From: an uncultured Acidobacteriota bacterium
GTDB taxonomy: Bacteria; Acidobacteriota; Vicinamibacteria; Vicinamibacterales; CAVVIG01
Assembly: GCA_963748265.1 (NCBI GenBank)
Contig: CAVVIG010000007.1
Span: 63,229 to 127,228 of the forward strand
DNA length: 64,000 nt
Direction of reading: 5' to 3'
The position numbers and the translations under genes were made by a program. Positions 10,398 to 19,408 of the stretch are shown piece after piece. Below the pieces are notes generated by a model. That model was not told where the DNA came from. It worked only from the letters and a program-made list of their open reading frames with translations, and did not search any database. Positions within the stretch are counted from its first letter, which is position 1. Every line of letters starts with the position of its first letter.

Positions 10398-11270
10398 ATG
10401 CAGCAGACACATTCGTTCCAACGGCAATTCCTCGCGGGCGTCGCAATCGTCGCCCTGCTCGCCGGAGGAGTCGTTGCGGCGCAGGGTCAGCAGAATGCGC
10501 CGATGCCCCTCGAGCCGAACCGCGAGCGCGGTGCGAGCGTCACGCCCTCGTATGAGGGGTGGTATCCGAATGCCGACGGCAGCTTCACGATGCTGCTGGG
10601 CTATTTCAACCGGAACGCGAAGGAGACGCTCGACATCCCGGTCGGCCCGAACAACAGGATCGAGCCGGGTCCGGTCGACCAGGGGCAGCCGACCCATTTC
10701 GAGCTCGGCCGTCAGTGGGGCGTGTTCACCATCAAGGTTCCCAAGGACTTCGGGACCAAGAAGCTGACCTGGACGATCGTTTCGGGCGGCGAGACACAGT
10801 CCATCCCGTTCGCCCTGAATGGCGGCTACACGATCGCGCCGTTCAAGGAAATCGGCATGGGGAACGAGCCGCCGGTCCTCGCGTTCACGCAGGGCGGGCA
10901 GAAGTTCACCGGACCGCCCATTGGCATCGCGGCCGATGTCACCGGCACCGTCAACACACCGGTCCCCCTGACGGTCTGGCCGGAGGACAAGAAAGGCTCG
11001 GATCAGGTGGAGGGCGCTGGCCGCGCCCGCGGCCGCGTGCCGATGGTGGCCAGCGTGTCGCTGCACAAGTTCCGGGGGCCTGGGGCGGTCACCTTTGCGC
11101 CGGCTCGCGGCAACGTGTCTCAGCCGGGACAGTCGTTCGCCTCCAACGCCACCTTCAGCGCGCCGGGCGAGTACATCGTCCGGGTGCAGGCGAACGACGA
11201 GTCGGGCGAGGGGGGCGCCGGTTTCCAGTGCTGCTGGAGCAACGCCCACATGAAGGTCACGATTAAGTAA
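10398..11270 (+). CDS. Secreted hypothetical protein (beta-rich, probably two Ig/PKD-like domains)
   Basis: Signal peptide; VTPSYEGWYPNADGS...GYFNRN, GQPTHF, ATFSAPGEY, C-terminal FQCCWSN. Confidence 0.8.
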   Translation: MQQTHSFQRQFLAGVAIVALLAGGVVAAQGQQNAPMPLEPNRERGASVTPSYEGWYPNADGSFTMLLGYFNRNAKETLDIPVGPNNRIEPGPVDQGQPTHFELGRQWGVFTIKVPKDFGTKKLTWTIVSGGETQSIPFALNGGYTIAPFKEIGMGNEPPVLAFTQGGQKFTGPPIGIAADVTGTVNTPVPLTVWPEDKKGSDQVEGAGRARGRVPMVASVSLHKFRGPGAVTFAPARGNVSQPGQSFASNATFSAPGEYIVRVQANDESGEGGAGFQCCWSNAHMKVTIK

Positions 11271-11386
11271 GGATTGGCCGAGCAAGACGTAAGGCCAACT
11301 TCTGGTTGGACTGGGACCCGAACAGGCCTAGAATCGTTAGCACTACCAACTGGTGCGCGGGGATTTCCCCCCGGAGGAGCACGCAC

Positions 11387-12721
11387 ATGATCGACGCAAG
11401 GTTCGGCGCCGCGAGACTAGGTGGACTGAGCGCCCTGGCGCTCGGCGCTGCCCTCGTGCTGCCGGCTGCGGCCTCTGCCGCCGACACGCCGACGTTCACG
11501 AAGGACATCGCGCCGATCTTCCAGGAGAAGTGCGAAGCCTGCCATCGGCCCGACTCGATCGCGCCGATGTCGCTGAAGACCTACGCGGAGGCGCGTCCGT
11601 GGGTGCGCTCGATCGAAGGCCGCGTCGAGGCGCGCCAGATGCCGCCGTGGCACATCGACAAGACGGTGGGCATCCAGAAGTTCAAGAACGATCGGTCGCT
11701 GAGCGACGGCGCAGATCGCGACGATCGTGAAGTGGGTCGACGCGGGCGCGCCGCAGGGCGATCCGAAGGACATGCCGGCCGCGGTGCAGTGGCCGGAAGA
11801 CCAGGCCGTGGAACTACGCCGCGCAGTTCGGCCAGAAGGAGCCCGACCTGATCATCAAGTCGCACGACTTCACGATGCCGGCCGTGTCGCAGGACGCGTG
11901 GGACAAGCGGGTCACCGAGAGCGGCATCACCGAGCCGCGCTGGGTGCGCGCGATCGAGATCCGCCCGACGAACCCGAAGGGCCGCCGCATCACGCACCAC
12001 GCGATCGCGTACCTCGAGCAGGACGAGCCGAACGCGCCGCCGTCGTTCCTCCCGACGCCGTTCATGGAATGGGCCGTCGGCAAGCAGGGCGAGATGATGC
12101 GGCCCGGACACCGGCAAGCTGCTGCTGCCCGGCTCGAAGTTCCACTGGGACATCCACTACTCGCAGGCCGGTGAGGAGATCACCAGCGAGCGTCGAGATG
12201 GGCATCTACTTCTACCCGAAGGGCCAGGAGCCGAAGTACCGCGACCAACCTGTCGCTTGTGCCGGCGGCGCTCGGCACGATGGACATCCGTCCGAACACG
12301 GTCGTCGGTGGCCGAGGGCTTCACGGTGCTGCGCGACGGCGCGCGCATCGAGAGCTTCCAGCCGCACATGCACCTGCGCGGCAAGGCGATGATGGTGGAA
12401 GCGATCCTGCCGACCGGCCAGAAGCAGGTGATCAGCCACGTCGACGACTTCAACTTCAACTGGCACAACACCTACGTCTACGCCGACGATGCGGCGCCGC
12501 TGCTGCCGAAGGGCACGATCCTGAAGGTCACCGCGTGGCACGACAACACGGCGGCCAAGAAGAGCAACCCCGATCCGAACCAGTGGGTCGGCTGGGGCGA
12601 TCGCACGGTGGACGAAATGGCCCACGCGTGGGTCAACATCGTCTACATGAACGACGACGACTTCAAGGCCGAGGTCGAGAAGCGCCGGACGGCCGGAGCG
12701 ACGACGCAGCAGCAGGACTAA
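11387..12721 (+). CDS. Cytochrome c-fused copper type II (PHM/DBH-like) monooxygenase (~6 single-base frameshifts)
   Basis: Reconstructed across frames: signal peptide, CEACH (11531-11545), MPPW, ITHHAI (11995-12000), DIHYS (~12151-12160), PHMHLRGK (12365-12373), DEMAH (12611-12619). GGAGGAG RBS before ATG 11387. Confidence 0.8.
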
Positions 12722-12724
12722 AAG

Positions 12725-12889
12725 AGTCGCAAGTCGTCAGTCGCAAGTCGTCAGTCGCAAGTTGCAAGTCAAAAGGCCGGCGCTCCCGCAAGGGGCGCCG
12801 GCCTTTCTCTTTGCGTCGCGATTGTGATGACGTGCGACTTCTGGCTTCTGGTTTCTGGCTTCTGACTTGCGACTTGCGACTTGCGACCT
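12725..12889. repeat. Inverted heptamer arrays (AGTCGCA-type / ACTTGCG-TTCTGGC-type) flanking a terminator
   Basis: GTCGCAA/GTCGTCA units at 12725-12770; complementary TTCTGGC/ACTTGCG units at 12834-12889. Confidence 0.8.
12771..12812 (+). terminator. Rho-independent terminator
   Basis: AAAAGGCCGGCGCTCC-CGCAA-GGGGCGCCGGCCTTT followed by CTCTTT. Confidence 0.8.
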
Positions 12890-12902
12890 GTACCTTCTGT
12901 GT

Positions 12903-13760
12903 ATGCCCGTGCCCCCTCCCGCCTTCCGACTTCCTGGCAGCACCCACGTCGGCCTCGTGCGCCTGCAGGTGGGCGACCTGCAGCGGTCGATTGACTACTA
13001 CGAGCGCGTACTGGGGCTGCGAGCTGCTCCTGGCGAAGGCGCCGCGGCCGTGCTCAGCGCGGAAGGCGCCGGGGGGGCGCTGGTCGAACTGCGCGAGAAG
13101 CGTGGCGTCTCCCCTGCCCCGCGGCGCGGCGCACTCGGGCTGTTTCACTTCGCCCTGCTGCTCCCCGACCGCGCGGCCCTCGGACGCTTCATCGCGCACA
13201 TGGCGGCGCTGGGACTCCGTTTCGGTGCCGCTGACCATCTGGTCAGCGAAGCGATCTACCTGACCGATCCCGATGGCCTCGGCATCGAGGTGTACGCGGA
13301 CCGTCCGCGCGACACGTGGCAGCAGCGCGGCGACGAGCTCGCGATGGCCACCGACCCGCTCGATCTGCCGTCGCTGGTCGATGCCTCAGGCGGCGTGGAG
13401 TGGGCCGGCGCGCCGTCCGGCACGACGATGGGGCACATGCACCTGCACGTCGGCGACCTGTCTGCCGGCGAGGCCTTCTATCACCGCGCGCTCGGGTTCG
13501 ACAAGGTCGTGTGGAGCTATCCAGGCGCGCTGTTCCTGTCGGCGGGCGGCTACCACCATCATCTCGGCACCAACACGTGGTCGTCAGGTCCGCCAGCGAC
13601 CGACGATCAGGCACGGCTCCTCGACTGGGAACTGCGAGTCGGTGCGGATGCCGCGGTGGCTGCGGCCGCGAGCCTGCGCGCGTCAGGGTACACCGTCGAG
13701 CGGAGCGGCGATAGCTGGTCGACGGCGGATCCGTGGGGCACGAAACTCCGGCTGTCGTAA
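12903..13760 (+). CDS. VOC/glyoxalase-family protein (CatE-like two-domain)
   Basis: GLFHFALLLP, ADHLVSEAIYLTDPDGLGIEVYADRP, MGHMHLHV, AGGYHHHLGTNTW. Confidence 0.88.
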   Translation: MPVPPPAFRLPGSTHVGLVRLQVGDLQRSIDYYERVLGLRAAPGEGAAAVLSAEGAGGALVELREKRGVSPAPRRGALGLFHFALLLPDRAALGRFIAHMAALGLRFGAADHLVSEAIYLTDPDGLGIEVYADRPRDTWQQRGDELAMATDPLDLPSLVDASGGVEWAGAPSGTTMGHMHLHVGDLSAGEAFYHRALGFDKVVWSYPGALFLSAGGYHHHLGTNTWSSGPPATDDQARLLDWELRVGADAAVAAAASLRASGYTVERSGDSWSTADPWGTKLRLS

Positions 13761-13771
13761 TGAGATCAGGA

Positions 13772-13831
13772 TGTAGGGGCGGGTCTTCAGACCCGCCCGC
13801 TTGTCGTCGTGTCTGAAGACCCGACGCTACA
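13772..13831. repeat. Inverted pair of GTAG-REPs (BIME/REPIN-like) between convergent genes
   Basis: TGTAGGGGCGGGTCTTCAGACCCGCCC (13772-13798) and, on the minus strand, TGTAGCGTCGGGTCTTCAGACACGACG (13805-13831). Confidence 0.8.
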
Positions 13832-13842
13832 CTCGGAACGGG

Positions 13843-16677
13843 TCAGAACCTCACACGCACGGCGACCTGAAACGTGCGCGGATCGCCGACGGCCGTAATC
13901 TGGTTGAACGTCGGCGACGGGTTCGTCGGATACGCACCCGCGCCAAAGTTCCCGTTGCGCGTCAGGTCGTTCCGGGTGTTCGTGAGGTTGAACCCCTCGA
14001 CCGCAGCCTCCAGGCGCGCGCGCCCGATCGGGAACGAACGGGACAGGCGCGCGTTCAGGCTCATGAAGTCGTCGGCCACACCTGCGTTCCGTTCGATGAA
14101 CTCGCTGTCGACGATTGGCCGCCCTGCCGTCCCCTGGACCGTCGTGACGCCCGACGTGATGTTGAACGGCAGCGCCGAGTACGCCTGCACCATCCCGCTC
14201 AGACGAAATCCGTAGGCGACCTTCTGCCACAGCGTGTCGGCGCGGCGCGTCGGCGCCTCGAGGGTCCACGTGACCGCCAGCCGGTGACGCTGGTCGTCGT
14301 CCGAGCGGCCCCAGTCCTTCGAGATGTCGAACGGATCGATCGGTGAGCTGAAGAAGAACTCGCCGACGTTGTTCATCGACTTCGACAGCGTGTAGCTCAC
14401 CCGGTACGACCCCCAGCTCGCCGGGCGCTGCAGGAACGACAGGTGCAGCCCGTGATACGTGGAGTCGCCCGCCGACGAGTACTGGTTGTTGTTGGCGTAG
14501 GCCGGGATGGGGCGGCAGCCATTGTTCGTCCCCGCCGCGACACAGCCCGGCACGTTCTGGTTGATCGACATCAGGAGCCCGGTGCCGCGCACGTACTGGT
14601 AGCCGGCGCTGACCGTCGCGCGGGCTCCGAGCAGCCGCTCCACCTCAAGGCTTGCCTGCCGTGAATACGCATTCTGCAGGTGCGAATCCATCGTCGTCAG
14701 GTTGACGAGCGTCGTCGGCGCGATCGCCTCCGGCAGGATGTTCGGAAACACCGGCGCTCCGGCCTGGGCAGGCGAAAGGCTCACGCTCGTCTGCTGCAGC
14801 TGGCCCGTGTCGGTCGTGTTGTAGGCCGAAAGCAGCGCGTTGGCGAGCGCGCGCAGCGGGACGCGGTCGAAGTAGAGTCCAGCGCCACCACGCACGATCG
14901 TGTTCCGCGACGCAGTCGGCGACCACGCGAAGCCGATACGCGGCGACACGTTGTCCAGATCCGTCTGGATCGTCTCCAGCATCTGCAGGTCGTACCGGAC
15001 ACCGAGGTTCAGCGTGAGGCTCTGCCCGGCCTTCCACTCGTCCTGCGCGTAGAAGCCGACGTTGGCGTTGGTCAGCTGCACGCTCGTCACGCCAAAGGTC
15101 TGCGAGAACCCGAGGTTGTTGTAGGTGCCCGTCAGGAAGTTCGCGAGCGACGAGAACGTGTACGCGCCCCGATACTGCCGCGGGAAGTCGATGGTCGTGT
15201 CGTTGAACAGGAAGTCGACGCCTGCCTTGAGCGCGTGCGCGCCGCGCTGGTGCGACACGCTGTCCACCACCTGCACCAGCGTGTTGCGACGGCCCTGCGG
15301 GCTGCTCGACAGCGTGCCGAAGCTGGCGACGCCGGCGATGCTGACGGCCGGACCGATCGCGTCGGTCGGCAGCGCCGCCAGGTCGCTGTAGGCGACCTGC
15401 GCGCGTGTCTCGTTGACGGTGCGCGACGAGAGCGTGAGCGTGCTGCTGAACGCCAGCGTCTGATCGCGGTTATCGAGACTCGAGGATGCGGACGGTGCAT
15501 TCAGGCCACCGGCGCCCCGCGAGTTGTCCGACGTGACGTCGTACAGGCCGTACCGCACGCCGAGCTGATGCCGTCCGCTCACCTGGTGGTCGATCTTCCC
15601 CATCACGTTCGCGCTGTTCACCGGGTTCGGGTAGATCCCGGTCGCCAGCTGCTCGCCCGGATAGCCGACTGCCGCCAGCTTCGCGTTGATGAGACTGACC
15701 GTCGGCTGCGCGATCGTCGTCAGCCCTGTCTGGTCGAGCCGACGCCGCTCGACGTTCAGGAAGTAGAACGAGCGGTTCTTCGCGAGCGGCCCGCCGACGC
15801 TCGCCCCGTACTGCTGCTGCGACATCGGCAGCGTGGTCCCGGTCAGCGCGTTGGCTTCGTTCAGGTTGTCGTCGCGGAAGTAGCCGTAGATGTCGCCGTG
15901 CAGGACGTTCGTCCCGCTGCGCGTGACGACGTTGATGTAGCCGCCGAGCGCGCGCCCGAGCTCCGCCTGGCCGCCGGAGGTGACCACCTGGAACTGGTCG
16001 ATGGCGTCCACACCGTAGGTGATGCCGCTCAGGCCCGCGGCGTCGTCGTTCGCCGAGAGGCCGTCGACGATGAAGCTGTTGGACAGGTTGCGCTGGCTGC
16101 CGACCGAGATGCCCTGGCCCGGCACCGCGGAGGTCTCGGCGAACAACTGCGTGCTGCCGGTGTTGGTGGGCGACACGCCCGGCACGAGCAGTGCGATGTC
16201 GAGGAAGTTGCGCCCGTTCAGCGGCAGGTTGCGGACCTCCTCCTGCTGCACCGTGCCTGCGATCTGGCTGCGTGCGGCTTCGAGCACCGGCGCCTCGCCG
16301 ACGACGTCCACGCTGCTGTCGAGGCCCGCGACGGCAAGCTCCAACGGCAGTTCGAACGCCGAGCCCACCGTCAGCGTGACCGATCGTTTCACGTCTGCGA
16401 AGCCTTGCAGCGACACCGTCAGCTCGTAGGGCCCGAGGCGCAGGTACGGGAATCGGAAGCGGCCGTCGGAATCGGTGACTGCCGTGGACATCAGGTTCGT
16501 CTCGGTTTGACGCGCGGACACGAACGCGCCGGGCACGACCCCGCCCTGCTGGTCCACGACGCGCCCGCTGATGCTGGCTTGATTGATGGTCTCCTGCGCC
16601 TCCACCGCTGCTGCGGGAATCGCAGCGACGGCCAGGTGCATGAGCAACACCCGAATGAGTCGAGTCAGTGATTTCAC
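13843..16677 (-). CDS. TonB-dependent receptor with N-terminal carboxypeptidase-regulatory-like domain
   Basis: GTG at 16677 with GGAGGG RBS; signal peptide; ISGRVVDQQGGVVPGA, LPLNGRNF, NVVTRSGTN, YAQDEWK, LNLGVRYD; C-terminal VRVRF. Confidence 0.92.
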   Translation of the reverse strand: MKSLTRLIRVLLMHLAVAAIPAAAVEAQETINQASISGRVVDQQGGVVPGAFVSARQTETNLMSTAVTDSDGRFRFPYLRLGPYELTVSLQGFADVKRSVTLTVGSAFELPLELAVAGLDSSVDVVGEAPVLEAARSQIAGTVQQEEVRNLPLNGRNFLDIALLVPGVSPTNTGSTQLFAETSAVPGQGISVGSQRNLSNSFIVDGLSANDDAAGLSGITYGVDAIDQFQVVTSGGQAELGRALGGYINVVTRSGTNVLHGDIYGYFRDDNLNEANALTGTTLPMSQQQYGASVGGPLAKNRSFYFLNVERRRLDQTGLTTIAQPTVSLINAKLAAVGYPGEQLATGIYPNPVNSANVMGKIDHQVSGRHQLGVRYGLYDVTSDNSRGAGGLNAPSASSSLDNRDQTLAFSSTLTLSSRTVNETRAQVAYSDLAALPTDAIGPAVSIAGVASFGTLSSSPQGRRNTLVQVVDSVSHQRGAHALKAGVDFLFNDTTIDFPRQYRGAYTFSSLANFLTGTYNNLGFSQTFGVTSVQLTNANVGFYAQDEWKAGQSLTLNLGVRYDLQMLETIQTDLDNVSPRIGFAWSPTASRNTIVRGGAGLYFDRVPLRALANALLSAYNTTDTGQLQQTSVSLSPAQAGAPVFPNILPEAIAPTTLVNLTTMDSHLQNAYSRQASLEVERLLGARATVSAGYQYVRGTGLLMSINQNVPGCVAAGTNNGCRPIPAYANNNQYSSAGDSTYHGLHLSFLQRPASWGSYRVSYTLSKSMNNVGEFFFSSPIDPFDISKDWGRSDDDQRHRLAVTWTLEAPTRRADTLWQKVAYGFRLSGMVQAYSALPFNITSGVTTVQGTAGRPIVDSEFIERNAGVADDFMSLNARLSRSFPIGRARLEAAVEGFNLTNTRNDLTRNGNFGAGAYPTNPSPTFNQITAVGDPRTFQVAVRVRF

Positions 16678-16812
16678 GTCTCCCTCCAGGACCGATCGGC
16701 AATCCGACCTGCGCGAATGGATCGCGCGCGCAATCGGCGCCATGCGCCGATCGCCACGGGGCCGCACCGCGCTCAGCGGCAGGCGTTCCCGCGGGTCGAG
16801 TTGAAATGGACC

Positions 16813-17235
16813 TTAGAGACGCGGAGGGGGTGTGTCGTGCCGGACGGACGAATCGGGAAGGATCCGATCGGTTGCGACGAGGCGCGAGGCGGGCGACTCG
16901 AACGCGATCGCGGCAACATCAGGCATGACGCCCGGCAGCGTCAGCAGCGCACCGAGCGCCACCGCCGGACCGTTGCAGTTTCCGCGCATCACGCAGTCGT
17001 CTTCGCTCGTGGTCGCTTCGCTCGTGTCGGCGCGGCCCGCATGCATGGGGCATTCGGCGCCCTCCGCCCTGTGCATCGGGCACACGAGAGCGTCAGCTTC
17101 GTGGCAGTCGGCCTCGGTAGCGTCGCCGCCATGCGCCGCGCAGCACGCGGGCTGAGCGAACGCCGACAACGACGCGAACTGGCACAACAGCCAGACGACG
17201 GCGCAGGTGCGGAGATGCGCGCGGAGGTAACGCAG
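16813..17235 (-). CDS. Cys/His-rich exported small protein ending in PPPRL (CutF/CruR/DUF2946-like leader)
   Basis: ACC, CH, CPMH x2, C-terminal HDTPPPRL. An in-frame TGA lies 2 codons before CTG 17235, which has GGAG 8 nt upstream and gives a full signal peptide. Alternative start is TTG 17187. Confidence 0.7.
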   Translation of the reverse strand: MRYLRAHLRTCAVVWLLCQFASLSAFAQPACCAAHGGDATEADCHEADALVCPMHRAEGAECPMHAGRADTSEATTSEDDCVMRGNCNGPAVALGALLTLPGVMPDVAAIAFESPASRLVATDRILPDSSVRHDTPPPRL

Positions 17236-17311
17236 GCTTCAGACTCCGTGACCAGTCTAGCTGAAACCCGCGCCCGACGGTATCGAGGCCCTGGGCCGCG
17301 GAGCGACCACC

Positions 17312-18211
17312 TCAGGGGTGGCCGGTTTCGGTGAGCCAGCCGGTGACGATCACGATGGCTGCAGCCAGAATCGTCTCAGCTATCGCGAAAGCCTTTTCGG
17401 GCGGCCGGTTACGCCGGTGCATCCGCCGCCAGTTGAGGCCACCCAGCGTGAGGGCGTCGAACACCATGAACAGCTTGACGGCCAGCAGGCGGCCGTACGG
17501 GGTGGTCCACAGGTTGGACACCGGCCCGAGGTAGGTCCACACCGCGAACGCGCCCGACGCGACCAGCATCGCGACGCACGTCATCGCAACCGGCGCGAAT
17601 GCATTCAGCAGCGAGGGGCGCAGCTGCTGGACGGACGGCGACGTCGAGGTGACCACGGCGGCGAGCGTCCCGACCCAGAGGCCGCCGGCGATGATGTGAA
17701 AGCCGTGGACGAGCACGCGGTCCGTCTCGCCTGCGGCGTGGCCGAGACGCGGCAGCAGGAAGCACAGCACCACAGCAGCTGCGATCGTCGCGTAGCGGCC
17801 GGCCGGTTGCGTCAACCCCACCAGCGCGGCGATGGCAACTGCAACAGCAGCCATCGCCTGCTGTTGCCACTGCAGCCCCCACTGGCTCTCGAGCGCGATG
17901 AGCCTGAGGTTTTCGAACGTCCAGGCGTCGGTCAGGCCGAACGCCGCGATAGTGTGCGCGAGCACGCGCAGCAGCAGCGCAACGATCAGGATCACCGCGC
18001 AGCGCAGGACGAGGCGGTCGGCCGCTGCGGCCGCGTCCGCGACGATTCCAGCGGCACTGGCGGGCCTTGGCGGCGCTCCGGGCAACTGCGCCAGCTGCGC
18101 CCTGGCCTCCACGAGCGGCAACAGCAGCCACCGCAACCCGAGACCGCCGATCAGCAGCAGCATCGCGGCGTACGTGGCAATCTTGGCGGCAACCTCGAAC
18201 CAGAACTCCAT
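17312..18211 (-). CDS. copD: CopD-family copper uptake membrane protein
   Basis: About 8 hydrophobic segments; LGHA, VHGFHIIAGGLWVGTL, LWTTPYGRLLAVKL. Confidence 0.85.
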   Translation of the reverse strand: MEFWFEVAAKIATYAAMLLLIGGLGLRWLLLPLVEARAQLAQLPGAPPRPASAAGIVADAAAAADRLVLRCAVILIVALLLRVLAHTIAAFGLTDAWTFENLRLIALESQWGLQWQQQAMAAVAVAIAALVGLTQPAGRYATIAAAVVLCFLLPRLGHAAGETDRVLVHGFHIIAGGLWVGTLAAVVTSTSPSVQQLRPSLLNAFAPVAMTCVAMLVASGAFAVWTYLGPVSNLWTTPYGRLLAVKLFMVFDALTLGGLNWRRMHRRNRPPEKAFAIAETILAAAIVIVTGWLTETGHP

Positions 18212-18217
18212 GTCGGT

Positions 18218-19366
18218 TCAGCGCCACGGGTTTGCGAGGGCCGGGTCCGTCACGAACTGACGGTCGGTCAGGCTGTCGAGGAAGGCGATGAGGTCGGCAC
18301 GCTCGTCCGGCGTCAGCGCGAACGTCTTCAGCAGAGCGCTCCGCGGGTGATCCGCGACGCGCTGCTGCGGACCCGTGTTGGCCTCGCGCCGTGCCGCGCG
18401 CCCTCCCGTTTCGTAGTGCGAGAGCACCTCGTCGAGCGTACGCAGGCTGCCGTCGTGCATGTAGGGCGCGGTGAGCGCGATGTTCCGCAGCGTCGGCGGC
18501 CGGAATTTCCCCATGTCCGACCCGTCCCCGGTCACCGCATGGACGCCGGTGTTCGGCGCAGGATACGTTCCGCGCCCGTCGGTGTCGTACAGCCCGGTGT
18601 TGTAGAAGGTCAGCGCGACGGAGTCCTTGCCGACGTGATCCTCCGACTGCGTGAAGTTGAAGCCGGCGTGGCAGTTGAAACACCCGATGCGCTCGGAGAA
18701 GAACAGATCCTGTCCGCGGTGCGCAGGGGGAGGAATCGCCGCCTCCTCGAGCGTGGTGCGGTAGCGGTCGTACGGCGAGCGGCCCGATACCAGGGTCCGC
18801 TCGAAAGACGCCAGCGCCCGCAAGACGTTCGTCAGCGTGAACGGCTTCGCCTCGCCAGGGAATGCGGCTGCAAACAGCGTCGTGTACCGCTCATCGCCGC
18901 GCAGCCGATCGAGCAACGCTGTCTCGAGACCGGCCAGACCGAGCTCCACGGGATCGATCCCGAACATCGGCACGAGCGCCTGATCCTCGAGCCGTCGCAT
19001 CGCCGGGTTCGCCCAGGTGAGCACCGGGTTGTAGGCGACGTTGGCGAGGCTCATCGGTCCGCGCGGGTGCACTTCGCCCGTGACGCCGACGCCGCGGCCC
19101 TTGTCGTCAGCGAACGCGTGCGCCTGCTGATGACAGGTGGCGCAGGCGAACCGTCCGTCCTTCGAGAGGCGCGTGTCGTAGAAGAGATGCCGGCCGAGCT
19201 CGACCTTCCCGGCGGTCATCGGATTGTCTGGAGGAACCCGAGGCTGCGGAAAGCCGGGAGGCAGCTTCCACTGGTAAGGGGGCGCGGGCTGCGCCGGGAG
19301 TGATGCCGCCGTCGCGAACCACGCGAGCGCGCCGGCAATCAGCCAGCGGGTTGCTCGCGTGGTCAT
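18218..19366 (-). CDS. mbnH: MbnH-family di-heme enzyme (bCcP/MauG superfamily)
   Basis: WKLPPGFPQPRVPPDNPMT, CATCH, LTWANP, VPMFG..PVELG, CFNCH, NTGLY, FRPPTLRNIALTAPYMHDGS. Confidence 0.85.
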   Translation of the reverse strand: MTTRATRWLIAGALAWFATAASLPAQPAPPYQWKLPPGFPQPRVPPDNPMTAGKVELGRHLFYDTRLSKDGRFACATCHQQAHAFADDKGRGVGVTGEVHPRGPMSLANVAYNPVLTWANPAMRRLEDQALVPMFGIDPVELGLAGLETALLDRLRGDERYTTLFAAAFPGEAKPFTLTNVLRALASFERTLVSGRSPYDRYRTTLEEAAIPPPAHRGQDLFFSERIGCFNCHAGFNFTQSEDHVGKDSVALTFYNTGLYDTDGRGTYPAPNTGVHAVTGDGSDMGKFRPPTLRNIALTAPYMHDGSLRTLDEVLSHYETGGRAARREANTGPQQRVADHPRSALLKTFALTPDERADLIAFLDSLTDRQFVTDPALANPWR

Positions 19367-19408
19367 GTCCTGTCGCTCACGAAGCGATCGGGGCGACCGT
19401 CGTCCCCG

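Noticed and set aside
12903..13760. Aromatic meta-cleavage pathway linking the CatE-like gene to the hydratase at 2058
   Set aside because: The genes are ~10 kb apart in unrelated operons, and no other meta-pathway genes are present.
14680..16671. Long antisense ORFs (also 34594-36993, 40530-42950, 44580-47492, 56138-58957)
   Set aside because: These are shadows of real genes in high-GC DNA: Arg/Val/His-rich with no recognisable motifs.
18218..19366. Methanobactin biosynthesis cluster
   Set aside because: No MbnA precursor or MbnB/C is visible; only an MbnH-like gene.
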